Assembly (NCBI GenBank): GCA_005809105.1
Contig: SYLI01000053.1
Location: 13,542-77,541 of the forward strand
Reading direction: 5' to 3'
Origin: Verrucomicrobiales bacterium
Lineage (GTDB): Bacteria > Verrucomicrobiota > Verrucomicrobiia > Limisphaerales > UBA1100
Length of the DNA: 64,000 nt
The notes below the pieces were generated by a model. The model saw only the letters and a program-made list of their open reading frames with translations. It ran no database searches and had not been told where the DNA came from. Positions 38,392 through 48,829 of this stretch are shown here, in pieces; position 1 is the stretch's first letter; every line of letters starts with the position of its first letter. Position numbers and translations under genes: made by a program.

Positions 38392-39440
38392 GAACCCATG
38401 GCTGCTGCCATCTGAGTGCGGTGTTTGTTCATCACACTGCGAATGGTTTCGCGGTTGGCTTGAGTCCATGTCACCGTCCGGGCCAATCCTTCCTCAAGCG
38501 GGATGGCGGCTTCAAATCCCAGCGCCTCCCTAGACTTCGTCGTGGATCCAAAGCGCCGTCCTGAACGATCCCAATCGCGAGCGGGCCTTAGGTCCACGGG
38601 CGTCGTGTTCCCCGTAAGCCTGTTGATGATTGCGGCCAAATCCCCAATCGAAGTCTCCATGCCCGACGCGAGGTTGTAGGCTTCCCCCGGGGTTCCTTTA
38701 AGCGCGCACGCCACCAAGCCCCGGACAAGGTCGCCGACATAGATGAAGTCACGGCTGGCAAGACCGCCGTTGTCGAGCGGCAGCGCCTCTGCGTGGATGG
38801 ATTTCCAGATGAACGTCGGCACCACATTGCGCCAGACCGTGTGGGGCGTCCCCCTCCAGGAACCCGCGCCTAGGATTTCCCGGGGGCCGTACACGTTCTG
38901 GAAGCGCGCCTTCACAAAGGGCAGACCAAATCGCTGGAAGTAGTAATTGCCATACATTTCCCCGACGAGCTTGGAGATCGAATATGGGCTGTCATGAAAC
39001 AGCGAGACCGGCGCGTCCTCGGGCGTGGCCAGCGCTTGACCGAAAGTCTTTTCCGCCACAGCGCAACCCGCAGCGGCATACACCACTTTTTTTAGCCGCC
39101 CCATCGCCTTGAGCCGCTCGAAGAGTTTGAGCGAGGTCAGCAGGTTGTTGTCGTGATCGGCCAAGGGATCGGCGATGGAAGACTGGTTGCCATGAAAGCA
39201 CGCCAGATGAAACACGACATCCAGATCTCCGGGCAGCTCCCGCAAGATTCGATCCTCCGTGATGGATCCACACAGGAATCGCACCCGCGCATCGTCTGGG
39301 ACATTGGCGCGCTCGGAGGAAAGCAGGTTGTCCACCACCAGTATTTCCTGAGGGACGTGACTCTCCAGCAGGTGATGGCAAAGGTTGCTGCCCACAAACC
39401 CTGCGCCGCCCACCACGAGCACTTTGGAATGATTAAACAT
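38388..39440 (-). CDS. SDR epimerase, WbmF-like
   Basis: GGAGFVGSN, HGNQSSIADPLADHDNN, PYSISK and GAGSWRGTPHTVWRNV match recalled Bordetella WbmF. Confidence 0.85.
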   Translation of the reverse strand: MFNHSKVLVVGGAGFVGSNLCHHLLESHVPQEILVVDNLLSSERANVPDDARVRFLCGSITEDRILRELPGDLDVVFHLACFHGNQSSIADPLADHDNNLLTSLKLFERLKAMGRLKKVVYAAAGCAVAEKTFGQALATPEDAPVSLFHDSPYSISKLVGEMYGNYYFQRFGLPFVKARFQNVYGPREILGAGSWRGTPHTVWRNVVPTFIWKSIHAEALPLDNGGLASRDFIYVGDLVRGLVACALKGTPGEAYNLASGMETSIGDLAAIINRLTGNTTPVDLRPARDWDRSGRRFGSTTKSREALGFEAAIPLEEGLARTVTWTQANRETIRSVMNKHRTQMAAAMGS

Positions 39441-39466
39441 GCCGGTCGAGTCGGAGGGAAAACGCT

Positions 39467-40402
39467 TCAGGCCTTGGGCGCACTCAAGTGGGAGTAGACG
39501 GCTGCGACGCCATTCGAGTCGTACCACTGCAATTGGCGCGCCATGGTTTGCGCAAACGAAACGCGGGGACGCCAGCCGAATGCGTCGCTCGTCCGGCTCG
39601 GATCAAGGACCGTTTCCCGCACATCATCAGGCCCGGGCTCGACTTCCAGAGGAGGCGCAGGCACCAATCCTAAGTGGGACGCCACCGCTTCGAATACATC
39701 CCTAATGCCATGACCCTCTCCGGTGGACACGTTGAAGATTCCACAAGGGGCGTCCACTTCGAGCACCAGGTCCATCAAGGAAAGGAAATCGCTCATGTCC
39801 AGAAAGTCCCGCACGGTCTTGCTGCAAAAGCAGCTCTTCCCCTCCTTGAGGCGCCGATAGAAGGTTGGGATGGGGCCGATGGAAAGCCGCGGGCCGCAGA
39901 TGTTGGCCAGCCGCAACGAGACGGCCGACAAGCCCGACTGCATCAGGTACGCCTCGCCCGCCACCTTCGAGATGCCATAGCTGGTGAAGGGCGCCACCGG
40001 GTGATCCACCGGAATGGGCAGGCGCGTCGCGCGGCCGTAGCACAGCGCCGTCTGAAAATGGACCAGCCGAGAGACCCCGTGCCGCCTGGCCGCCCTCGCC
40101 ACATGAAGGGTGCCGACGACGTTGGTGGCGATATCCTCGTGCCAATCGTTGGGATCCTTGTATGCCGCCGCGCTGTGGATCACGTGCGTGGGTGCGAACT
40201 GGTCAAACGTGCGGTTCACGAGCTCGCCATCGGCAATCGTTCCTTCCACCACCGGGTGCGGGGAAAACTGCGGGATGAGCTGCCGGCTGCTGGTGGCAAA
40301 GTTGTCCATCACGCAGATCGCATGCCCCTGGGCGGAATAGTGTTCAACCAGGTTCGAGCCCAGACATCCCGCCCCGCCCGTGATGAGGATTCGCTTGCCC
40401 AT
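39467..40402 (-). CDS. SDR epimerase/reductase, WbmG-like
   Basis: GGAGCLGSNL, HSAAAYKDP, FQTALCYG, FTSYGISK, C-terminal SHLSAPK. Confidence 0.85.
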   Translation of the reverse strand: MGKRILITGGAGCLGSNLVEHYSAQGHAICVMDNFATSSRQLIPQFSPHPVVEGTIADGELVNRTFDQFAPTHVIHSAAAYKDPNDWHEDIATNVVGTLHVARAARRHGVSRLVHFQTALCYGRATRLPIPVDHPVAPFTSYGISKVAGEAYLMQSGLSAVSLRLANICGPRLSIGPIPTFYRRLKEGKSCFCSKTVRDFLDMSDFLSLMDLVLEVDAPCGIFNVSTGEGHGIRDVFEAVASHLGLVPAPPLEVEPGPDDVRETVLDPSRTSDAFGWRPRVSFAQTMARQLQWYDSNGVAAVYSHLSAPKA

Positions 40403-41343
40403 CAGGTTTCCTTCTGGCCGTGGCGCAAATGGGTGTATTCGCCCAGCGTCCCGTGCTTTCGGAAATAGTCGACGGCGGCGGCCACCGTGATTTCCAAGGG
40501 GGTGAATTCAATCTTCCCAAAGTCCGCGAACGTGCGCGAAGGATCCAGGAGGATGGACGCCACGTCGTCGGGCCCCAGCTCGCGGATCTCGGGCTCGGGG
40601 CATGGGGCAATCCCCATGGCGTTTACGACGGCGGCGTAGAGATCCTGGATGGCGATATCCGTTCCCGAGGAGAAGTGATAGGCGCCATTTCCCACTCCGT
40701 CACAGGCGCGGAGAACGACGCGCGCCAGATCCTTCACAAAGACAAAATCGCGCCGCGCCTTGGTGACAAAGCACCGCTTCCCATCCTTAAGGCGCTGGTA
40801 GAAGATGGGGAGCGGCCCGGCCACATTGCGCGGGCCCACCACGTTGGCCAGCCGGAAGGTGACGTAGTCAAGCCCGCTCAGCTCCAGATAGTATTCATTG
40901 GTGGTTTTGGAGATCGCGTAGCTGCTGCCCGCCGGATGACGGGGATGATCCAGACGCACGGGTTGTTGGGTCGGCTTGAGGCCGTAGCAAAGCGCGGTCT
41001 GGAAGTAGACAAATCGCCTCACGCCGTGCCGCCGGGCGGCCAAGATGACGTTGGCTGCACCCACGCAGTTGGTAAGGGCGTCGTTATACCAATCGTCCGG
41101 ATCCTTGTAGGAAGCTGCCGCATGGACTACGGCGTCCGGCCTGAACTCCGAGAACAGGCAGTCCACCGCGGCCTTGTCGGCGATGGTGCCAATCACCATC
41201 TTGAGGCGGGGATGATCGGCCAGATGCTCGCGGCGGCCCGTCGCCAGGTTGTCGATCACCAGAACCTCATCGCCGCGCTCCACCATCATCTCGGCAACGT
41301 GAGATCCGATCTGCCCAAGCCCACCGGTGATGACTACTTTCAT
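40402..41343 (-). CDS. SDR epimerase/reductase, WbmH-like
   Basis: GQIGSH, ASYKDPDDWYND, SSYAISK, CFVTKARRDFVFVKDLAR. Confidence 0.85.
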   Translation of the reverse strand: MKVVITGGLGQIGSHVAEMMVERGDEVLVIDNLATGRREHLADHPRLKMVIGTIADKAAVDCLFSEFRPDAVVHAAASYKDPDDWYNDALTNCVGAANVILAARRHGVRRFVYFQTALCYGLKPTQQPVRLDHPRHPAGSSYAISKTTNEYYLELSGLDYVTFRLANVVGPRNVAGPLPIFYQRLKDGKRCFVTKARRDFVFVKDLARVVLRACDGVGNGAYHFSSGTDIAIQDLYAAVVNAMGIAPCPEPEIRELGPDDVASILLDPSRTFADFGKIEFTPLEITVAAAVDYFRKHGTLGEYTHLRHGQKET

Positions 41344-41398
41344 TTTCCTTTTCCTTGTTGAGATAAGAGCCGTGTCAGGAAACTGCCATGGGCACGCC

Positions 41399-42226
41399 TC
41401 ATTTTTCGAGTCTGCAATACAGATCCAACCCCACCACGGGTCCCAACAACAATCGGATTCTTCTGGGAATGAAGAAGAGGTGGCGTGCTCCTCCGATGTT
41501 CTTTTTCCAGATTCTGCAGCGCGCAAACGCACGACACAGATGCCCAAGCTCGGCCTTGGTGACGAATTCGGTCGCGGGCGCGCCCTTTCCTGATGAGTCG
41601 CGGTCGTACAGGTTCGTCATCTGAGTATTCGCATGGGAGTTGGCATAGGCTTTCTTATCCGAAAAGACCTGCCTGAGCGTGACTCGCGGCTGGAGGATCC
41701 ATTGCCGGTAAGAAGCCGCGTTATACACCATGATAAGCGCATGGCCTCCGGGCCTCAGCAGTGAATGTACATTCTCGATGGCGGCGGCGAGATTGCCGGT
41801 GTGGTGCAGACAGCCGATGGAAACAATCCAGTCGAAGGACCCGGGCTGGAACGGAGGTGCGAGGATGCTCCCTTGGCGGACATCCCCGCGCAGTCCCATC
41901 TGCTCCAGGCGCTGGGCGGCCATCGCCACAGGGCCCGCGGCGATGTCCAGCCCGTGGAAGCGGCAACCCGCCGCTGCCAGCCTTTGCGAGAGGCTCCCGT
42001 ATCCAAGGCCAATTTCGAGGACGTCCTTTGTGGCCAACCCGTCCATGGGAAGGAAGGGAAGCAGGTAGGGATAGTAATCAAAAAACCACGCGTCGAATCG
42101 AGCCAGGCTTTCCGGTGAGTGATCCTTGATCCCAAGCTGCTTGGCGTGATGTGTCCCGCACAACTTATCCCAGAATTGGGCGTTTTTTTGATCGACCCTG
42201 GGTTGCGCAGGACTGCTTTGGTTCAT
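41399..42226 (-). CDS. Class I SAM-dependent methyltransferase
   Basis: VLEIGLGYG, SIGCLHHTG, LLRPGG. Start at 42226 or 42295. Confidence 0.87.
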   Translation of the reverse strand: MNQSSPAQPRVDQKNAQFWDKLCGTHHAKQLGIKDHSPESLARFDAWFFDYYPYLLPFLPMDGLATKDVLEIGLGYGSLSQRLAAAGCRFHGLDIAAGPVAMAAQRLEQMGLRGDVRQGSILAPPFQPGSFDWIVSIGCLHHTGNLAAAIENVHSLLRPGGHALIMVYNAASYRQWILQPRVTLRQVFSDKKAYANSHANTQMTNLYDRDSSGKGAPATEFVTKAELGHLCRAFARCRIWKKNIGGARHLFFIPRRIRLLLGPVVGLDLYCRLEK

Positions 42227-42251
42227 GGCTGGCTCCTCTTGCCTTTGCTGG

Positions 42252-44174
42252 TTACTGGCTTGCGATTTTCCTGCGCCATTCCGTGGCACGGTCATGGAAG
42301 GCCTGATACCAAAGCTCCAGGCTCAACAGGCCCCAAGTCTTGCGCGAGAATCGGGCTTCACTTCCAACGTTCTCAAGCACGGCCTTGGCGTTCACGAAGG
42401 GGCGGTGCTTGCTGGCCATGTGGTGAAACGTATCCCGCACAAATTCCTTCAGATCACCGTCGCACCATTCCTTGAGCGGAACGGGAAAGCCCATCTTGTC
42501 GCGCCGGTTGAGGATCTCGGCGGGGAGGTCGACTGCGAAGGCCGACTTGATGAGGTGTTTTAGGTTGCCGTCTTTGAACTTCACGTTGGCAGGGATGGTC
42601 GCGGCAAACTCCACCAAGGGATGATCCAGAAGCGGCACGCGGCTCTCCAGCCCATGAGCCATGCTCATGCGATCCTCCACTTGCAGCAAGGCTGGCAACA
42701 GGCACTTGAAATCGAAGTGGGTCATCGTGTCGAAATAAGCTTCCTTCTCAACATTGGCCGGGTTGTTGAAGATGGCGGCAAAGTCCTCAAAGACCTGCTT
42801 GCGGTCGAGCGCCGTCCAATCAATTTCGTCCTCCATGTCGGTGGAACGATCCACGAGCCTGAAGTAGCGCTGATCCATGGGGTCGAAAAGCCCGCTCCGC
42901 CAAAACTCCTTCATGAGCGGCTTGTATTCCCGGAGGAGGCCCAGGTTAGGCACGATGGACTCGATGGTGACGACGTAGTTTTGGTTGTTCTTGTAGTTGC
43001 CCTCGATGGCAGCCTTCATACATTGCTCGAAGTAGGCCACCACATAGCGGGCGTAGCCCCCAAAGATTTCGTCGCCCCCCTGGCCGCCCAAGACCACCTT
43101 GAGGTGGCTGGCCGCCAGTTTTGAGACCATGTATTGGGGGAACGAGCCGGGCCCGGCCACCGGGAAGTCCAGATGGTAAATGACATCGCGGATATGCGTC
43201 CGGAAATCCTGAGCGCGGATGTCGGCGATATGGAGCTTGCCGCCGGCGCAATCGGCCGCCGCTTGCGCGTATCGGCTTTCGTCGTAGCCTGGGAATTCGG
43301 TGAAGCGTCCGTGGAAACCCGGAGAGTCGGAGGTGCCATCGCGGTTGGCCAGAAGGTGAATGAGGCTGGAATCGATGCCCCCGGAGACGTAGCTTCCCAC
43401 ACTGACGTCGCTGCGCAGGTGCAAGCTGAGCGATTCTTCCACAAGCTCGCGCAGGCGGCGGCGAAAATAGGCCGGACTGTGGTCCCAGTCGATTTGGAAG
43501 CGGACGTCCCAGTACCTCCAAATCCTCACCTTGCCGTTCTCGATCGAGAGCGCCTGTCCGGGAAGCAGCTGGTGAACCCCGTCAAAGAGCGTCTTTTCGC
43601 CAAGGGTATACTGGAAGGTGAGGTATTCCGCCAACGCGCTCGGGTTGGTGTCGATGGAGGGCAAGAAAGGCAGCAGGGCTTTGGCCTCGGAGGCGAAATA
43701 AAACACCCCGTCCACCTGGGCATAATAGAAGGGCTTGATCCCGAATCGGTCTCGTGCGCAGAAGAGGCGCTGCCGAGACTCGTCCCAGATTGCGAACGCA
43801 AACATCCCGCGCAGGTGGCCGACGCAGGCGTCGCCATGCCGCACATATGCGGCGAGAATACATTCGGTGTCGGAATGGCTCCGAAACGCCCACGAGCCAG
43901 CCAGAGATTCACGCAGCTCGCGGTAATTGTAGATCTCCCCGTTGAAGGAGATGACCGCCCCATTCTCCCCATGCATGGGTTGGGCGGCCGCTTCCGAAAG
44001 GTCGATGATGGCAAGCCGCCGATGCACGAGCCCGACACTCCGGTCCTGCCGTTGCCATTGGCCAAACCCATCAGGCCCGCGATGGGAGATGAGTGTGCCC
44101 ATGGCCTCGAGTGCCTCCGGCAGCCGCTCTACAGGGCCGGAATTGGTATTAACGATACCTGCTATGCCACACAT
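42252..44174 (-). CDS. asnB: Asparagine synthase-family glutamine amidotransferase (probable uronamide formation)
   Basis: MCGIAG, HRRLAIIDLS, NGEIYN, RDRFGIKP, SGGIDSS, GQGGDEIFGGY, DRMSMAHGLESRVP. Confidence 0.93.
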   Translation of the reverse strand: MCGIAGIVNTNSGPVERLPEALEAMGTLISHRGPDGFGQWQRQDRSVGLVHRRLAIIDLSEAAAQPMHGENGAVISFNGEIYNYRELRESLAGSWAFRSHSDTECILAAYVRHGDACVGHLRGMFAFAIWDESRQRLFCARDRFGIKPFYYAQVDGVFYFASEAKALLPFLPSIDTNPSALAEYLTFQYTLGEKTLFDGVHQLLPGQALSIENGKVRIWRYWDVRFQIDWDHSPAYFRRRLRELVEESLSLHLRSDVSVGSYVSGGIDSSLIHLLANRDGTSDSPGFHGRFTEFPGYDESRYAQAAADCAGGKLHIADIRAQDFRTHIRDVIYHLDFPVAGPGSFPQYMVSKLAASHLKVVLGGQGGDEIFGGYARYVVAYFEQCMKAAIEGNYKNNQNYVVTIESIVPNLGLLREYKPLMKEFWRSGLFDPMDQRYFRLVDRSTDMEDEIDWTALDRKQVFEDFAAIFNNPANVEKEAYFDTMTHFDFKCLLPALLQVEDRMSMAHGLESRVPLLDHPLVEFAATIPANVKFKDGNLKHLIKSAFAVDLPAEILNRRDKMGFPVPLKEWCDGDLKEFVRDTFHHMASKHRPFVNAKAVLENVGSEARFSRKTWGLLSLELWYQAFHDRATEWRRKIASQ

Positions 44175-44330
44175 TCGTGCGCCTCCCCCTTCTAAAGATG
44201 ACCCTGCCGCAATAACTTTGCCCGCACATGGCGTCCTCTCCGGCGCGACGCCACTAAACGCACCCCGGCGAGGTCCACGGAAGTGCGGGCATCCACTACG
44301 TCGATTATCTCCGCCCTGCTCAGATTCCCC

Positions 44331-45203
44331 CTAGCGCTTCTGCACCACCACGTTAATTTCGACCGAGTGCACTACCCTCTCGAGCAACTTGCGGTGCAGT
44401 GGGCGGGACATTTTCCGGAAGAGCCCGAGCAATTTCTTGTGCAAGAAATCCCAGCCACGGACGGGAATCGGATACTTGAGTAGGCTATAGGAATAGAGGT
44501 AGAGCCCCGAACTGAATTCGAGCACTTTCTCGCGAAAGATGCGCGTGAACAGGAGCTCGAGCGAGTTGCAGTCAAACGCCCTGAGGTGCGCGTACTCGTA
44601 CGGGTAGTCGCGCTGAAGATACTTGCCAAGATTCTCCCGGTTGGGGACGCGCACGATCAAGTAGCCTCCCGGTTTCACCACGGACAAGCAGTTCCGTACA
44701 CACAGGTTCAAGTCGAGGACGTGTTCCAAGACGTCGGTGCAGGTAACGATGTCGAAGTAGCCCTTTTGGTAGGGGATGTCTTCGATTCTCGACATCACCA
44801 CGTTGATCCCCTGCTCCCGGGCGCGCTTGAGGTAAGGAAGGGCGATGTCCATTCCGTGAAGCTCGGCTTTAGTACCGGCGAGGCCGGCTTCGATCTTCTT
44901 GAGCAGCCTGCCAAGCCCCACCCCGATGTCCAACAATCTCAGGGTGCCTTGGGGCCCGGCATGCCTCGCATACTTCAAGGCTAGCCCAAGGGTTCCTTCC
45001 TCCATTTCAAGCCAGTCTTCCTCATCGATCCAAGGGTTGTCCCTTGTTGCAGTCATGCCCTGAATGTGATCAGTCGCGATCTTGAAATAGTTGTCCACGT
45101 AACTGTCGACCTCCGAGAACATAGGAATGCCATCGATCTCCTTCAGTGGCTCGCGTGCGAATGGACTTGATGCCGCCGTTCCGATGCCATTCATGATGTT
45201 CAT
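44331..45203 (-). CDS. Class I SAM-dependent methyltransferase
   Basis: LLDIGVGLG, TDVLEHV, KPGGYLIVRVPN. Confidence 0.87.
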   Translation of the reverse strand: MNIMNGIGTAASSPFAREPLKEIDGIPMFSEVDSYVDNYFKIATDHIQGMTATRDNPWIDEEDWLEMEEGTLGLALKYARHAGPQGTLRLLDIGVGLGRLLKKIEAGLAGTKAELHGMDIALPYLKRAREQGINVVMSRIEDIPYQKGYFDIVTCTDVLEHVLDLNLCVRNCLSVVKPGGYLIVRVPNRENLGKYLQRDYPYEYAHLRAFDCNSLELLFTRIFREKVLEFSSGLYLYSYSLLKYPIPVRGWDFLHKKLLGLFRKMSRPLHRKLLERVVHSVEINVVVQKR

Positions 45204-45269
45204 GTTAAAATCCGGTAGAGGCCACCTTGGTCGCCTTGGCACGTCTTCGGGAACGAATTCCTGTCGTGC

Positions 45270-46730
45270 TCATGCAGCCTTCGCCTTCACCTTGAGCAAG
45301 GAAGGGAAGGAGCCGACAAGCCGGACTTGCCAGTACGCAAAGGCTGTCAGGCCGGCACAGAGCAAGATGGAGAATGTGATGGACCAGATCAGCCGATCAG
45401 GCACCAGCAGCAGCGAAGCTGCAGCAGTGCCCAAGTAGGTCAGGGCGGGGATTGCGAGCCTGCGCCAAGGATAGTCGATTGCCACGTAGTCCCGCTTACG
45501 ATGTTGATTCCAGAGCCATTGTGAAAGGGGCAGGAAGGTACTGGATACGGTTAGGGCTAGCCCCGCCCCGAAGAGTCCCCAGTGCGTGACCATGATAAAT
45601 CCCAGGGGCAGCGAGACCATTGCCGAGATTCCCTGCCACAGGCTGACGAACCGGACCTCCTTCTGAAAATACATCCCTGGAGCCAGGAGGCTGAAGAGGC
45701 CGACCAAGAACTGTGACATAGCCGAGAATCCCACGACCAAGTAGGCTTGATGGAATGGGGGCTTCGTCAGCAGGAGTATCATCGGGTGGGCGAGGATGAA
45801 GAAAAGCACGGTGATACCCCCGACGATGATGACGTAGTAGTAGGTGATAACTCCAAAGGTTCGCCGCGCGTCCTCCGGCTTGTCGATGTACGACATGAAA
45901 AACGGGTACCACGCCTGTGTGACGCCGCCGACCACGATGGTCATCACCATGCCTATGTTGAACCCAATGGAGTAGATTCCCACCTGATCCAGCCCTTCGA
46001 GCCATTGCAGGATGTACCGGTTCCCCTGAAGTAGGATGAAAATGAATGCAAAGCCCGGGACGAGCGGGATGCCAAGCCTAAGCAATTCGGCGCCGATTGG
46101 CTTGGCGTAGGCGATGGCAGTCCCTCGCGCGCCCGCGGCCAAGAACATCAGGAAATTCAGTGCCTGCCCGACCGCCTGCGCCGCAATCATGCCTTTCACG
46201 CCCCATCCCATGTGGGCCACTGCGACGACGCTTAGCGCGGTGGACAAAAGCGCGCCCAAGAGGGTGATGCGCACAAACTCCCTAGTCTTGCGGTCAAATT
46301 GCATCCGCATGGTGAACGGAGTCGCTAGGATTCCGAAGACGGTGCCCGTGAGCGTGAGGGAAACCAGCAGGCTGTGTTCATCCGTTCTTGTCACCAGCCT
46401 GCTGAGCGGCGCGGGCACCGCCCAAGCAAGCACCAGAAGCACGCAACTGCTGGCCAGCAAAAGCAAGAAGGCAGTCCAGACCGTCGCCGACTTCCTATTG
46501 GGATCATTCCCCTGAAAATAAGCGGGCCCCATGGCTGCGCCCATTCCCAGCCCGAATACCGGCTGCGCGACCATCGCCAGCAGAGCCAGCATCGCCATAA
46601 TCCCATAGTCTGCGGGCGCGAGGTAAGCGGTGAAGAGCGGAAGCAGCAAGAGGCTGATGAATCGCGAAACCATGGAGCCGATCCCATAGATCAGCGTATC
46701 CTTTCCCAGACCTAAAATCGCCTCCTTCAT
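45270..46730 (-). CDS. wzx: Wzx-type oligosaccharide flippase (MOP family)
   Basis: Many TMs; IYGIGS..SRFISLLLLPLFTAYLAPADYG; VGIYS. Confidence 0.85.
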   Translation of the reverse strand: MKEAILGLGKDTLIYGIGSMVSRFISLLLLPLFTAYLAPADYGIMAMLALLAMVAQPVFGLGMGAAMGPAYFQGNDPNRKSATVWTAFLLLLASSCVLLVLAWAVPAPLSRLVTRTDEHSLLVSLTLTGTVFGILATPFTMRMQFDRKTREFVRITLLGALLSTALSVVAVAHMGWGVKGMIAAQAVGQALNFLMFLAAGARGTAIAYAKPIGAELLRLGIPLVPGFAFIFILLQGNRYILQWLEGLDQVGIYSIGFNIGMVMTIVVGGVTQAWYPFFMSYIDKPEDARRTFGVITYYYVIIVGGITVLFFILAHPMILLLTKPPFHQAYLVVGFSAMSQFLVGLFSLLAPGMYFQKEVRFVSLWQGISAMVSLPLGFIMVTHWGLFGAGLALTVSSTFLPLSQWLWNQHRKRDYVAIDYPWRRLAIPALTYLGTAAASLLLVPDRLIWSITFSILLCAGLTAFAYWQVRLVGSFPSLLKVKAKAA

Positions 46731-47716
46731 GCCGCGGTCGCTGTCTGTTTCGGTTCGGCGACTCGTCTCAGCCGGGCGCGTACCAGCCTACCCAACCCCT
46801 CGTGTAGGCTGATTTCGGCGGCAAATCCCAGCTCTTGCGCGGCACGCCTAGGATCGCCGATGCGGTTGCGCACCAGGGTGGCCTGGCTGCGTGGCGCGTA
46901 GCGGATCGGCTTGTCGCTCGCCGTGAGTTCTTGCAGCAACTCCGCCAGCTCCTTGAGCGAGGTGCGCTTGCCAGTGCCCACGTTGTAGAAACGATCGGTG
47001 GTGGTCGCCTTCATGGCGCAGACGTTGGCCCGGGCGCAGTCCTCCACCGCCACAAAGTCGAACGCCTCCGAGCCGTCACCCAAAATGGTCGGCGCTTCGC
47101 CCCTGTCGATGGCGTCGCGCATCTTCAGGATCACGGCGATGTCGGCGCCCTGATAGTCCTGTCGCGGCCCGTACACGTTCATGTACCGCAGGCCCACATA
47201 GTCCAGACCGTAACGGTGGTGGAACGCGCGCAGCATGGCCTCGCCGGCGATCTTGGTGGCGCCGTAGAAATTCTTGTTGTTAAACGGATGGCCCTCGTCC
47301 ATGGGCTCCTTCACCGCGTCGCCGTAAACAGAAGCCGACGAGGAGTACACCAGCCGTTTCACACCCTGCTTCACGCACGCCTCCATCACATTAAACGTGC
47401 CGCGAATGTTCACATCGAACGCGCTGCGCGGAAATTCGTGACATTGCAACAGCCACAAGGCCGCGAAGTGGAACACGCCGTCCACACCGTCCATCGCCGA
47501 CTCCAGAATGTCGGTTTGCAGGATGTCGCCGCCGGCGTCCCAGATTTTCACGCGCGGGTCGGTCAAGGCTCCGCGCAGATTTTCGGCGCGTCCTCGCACA
47601 AAATTGTCGTAGACCCGGATTTCGCGGGTGTTTTCCCGGATGAGCTGATCCACCGTGTGCGAGCCAATGAGGCCCGCACCCCCGACGACGAGCAGTGTGG
47701 AGCCTTCCAGTTTCAT
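46727..47716 (-). CDS. NAD-dependent epimerase/dehydratase
   Basis: GGAGLIGSH, SSSASVYG, YGATK, LRYMNVYGPRQ. Confidence 0.9.
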   Translation of the reverse strand: MKLEGSTLLVVGGAGLIGSHTVDQLIRENTREIRVYDNFVRGRAENLRGALTDPRVKIWDAGGDILQTDILESAMDGVDGVFHFAALWLLQCHEFPRSAFDVNIRGTFNVMEACVKQGVKRLVYSSSASVYGDAVKEPMDEGHPFNNKNFYGATKIAGEAMLRAFHHRYGLDYVGLRYMNVYGPRQDYQGADIAVILKMRDAIDRGEAPTILGDGSEAFDFVAVEDCARANVCAMKATTTDRFYNVGTGKRTSLKELAELLQELTASDKPIRYAPRSQATLVRNRIGDPRRAAQELGFAAEISLHEGLGRLVRARLRRVAEPKQTATAA

Positions 47717-48828
47717 GCCCGATGCGGTTCGTCCGCGCGGCTCAGCGCCGCCACGACAGCCCTCTGGTCTTCTTCGCTCACATACGCGCTCATGGGGAGG
47801 CTTAAACACTGTGAGGCCACGCGCTCGGTGACAGGAAAGTCGCCGCGCTGATGTCCCAGCGCGCCGAACACCGGCTGCAAGTGCAGGGGCACGGCGTAAT
47901 AAGCCACCGAGGGAATGCCCGCCGCCTGAAGGCGGGCCTGCAACGCGTCGCGTTCCGGGGAGAGCACCGTGTATTGCGCATAGACGGAAGTGCAGCCGGA
48001 TGCCACGTGAGGCAGCGTGAGGCCCGGGACGTGGCTGGACTTGAGCCCTTGGTCGTAGCGCGCACCGATCTCCTGGCGCAGCCGAACCTCGTCGGGGAAT
48101 TGTTCAAACGCCGCCAGCAACATCGCAGCCTGGAGCGTGTCCAGCCGGCCATTGATGCCCAGCAGCGGATGATGGTGCTTGCGGGCCTGACCGTGGACGC
48201 GAATTTGTCTGAACTTCTCCGACAGCGCGTCGTCGTCGGTAAAGAGCGCGCCGCCGTCCCCAAATCCGCCCAAGGGCTTGGAGGGAAAAAAGGACGTGCT
48301 GCCAATGAGCGAGAGCCCGCAGGAACGGCGGCCGTGGTAGCAGGCCCCAAAACTCTGGGCGGCGTCCTCGATGACGGGCAGTCCGTGGCGCGCCGCGATG
48401 GCGTTGATGGCGTCCATGTCCGGCGGCTGACCGTAGATGCCCACGGGCAGGATCGCCTTGGTGCGCGGCGTGATGGCGGCTTCCAGAAGGTCCGGATTCA
48501 AGTTCCACGTCTGCGGATGGATGTCCACAAACACGGGCTTGGCGCCGAGCAAGGCCACGACCTCCGCCGTGGAAATCCACGTGTAAGGCACGGTGACCAC
48601 CTCGTCGCCCCGGCCGATGCCCAGCGCCATGAGCGCGACGAGCAGCGTGTCCGTGCCGCTGGACATCCCCACGCAATGCTTTACGCCCACGTACGCGGCC
48701 AGCCGCTGCTCCAGCTCCGCCACCTCGGGCCCAAGGATGTACTGGCCGTGATCCAGCACCGCGCCGATGCGAGCCTCAAGCGAGCCGCGCAGGCGCGCCA
48801 CGCGCGTGGCAAGGTCAATAAATTGCAT
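47713..48828 (-). CDS. WbpE/WlbC-like sugar aminotransferase
   Basis: MQFIDL, HGQYILGPEV, EDAAQSFGA, TSFFPSKPLG, GINGRLDTLQAA. Confidence 0.9.
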   Translation of the reverse strand: MQFIDLATRVARLRGSLEARIGAVLDHGQYILGPEVAELEQRLAAYVGVKHCVGMSSGTDTLLVALMALGIGRGDEVVTVPYTWISTAEVVALLGAKPVFVDIHPQTWNLNPDLLEAAITPRTKAILPVGIYGQPPDMDAINAIAARHGLPVIEDAAQSFGACYHGRRSCGLSLIGSTSFFPSKPLGGFGDGGALFTDDDALSEKFRQIRVHGQARKHHHPLLGINGRLDTLQAAMLLAAFEQFPDEVRLRQEIGARYDQGLKSSHVPGLTLPHVASGCTSVYAQYTVLSPERDALQARLQAAGIPSVAYYAVPLHLQPVFGALGHQRGDFPVTERVASQCLSLPMSAYVSEEDQRAVVAALSRADEPHRA

Positions 48829-48829
48829 G

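Noticed and set aside
42252-44174. Lasso-peptide cyclase or RiPP cluster
   Set aside because: It has an intact N-terminal Cys glutaminase domain, sugar-pathway context, and no precursor or B proteins.
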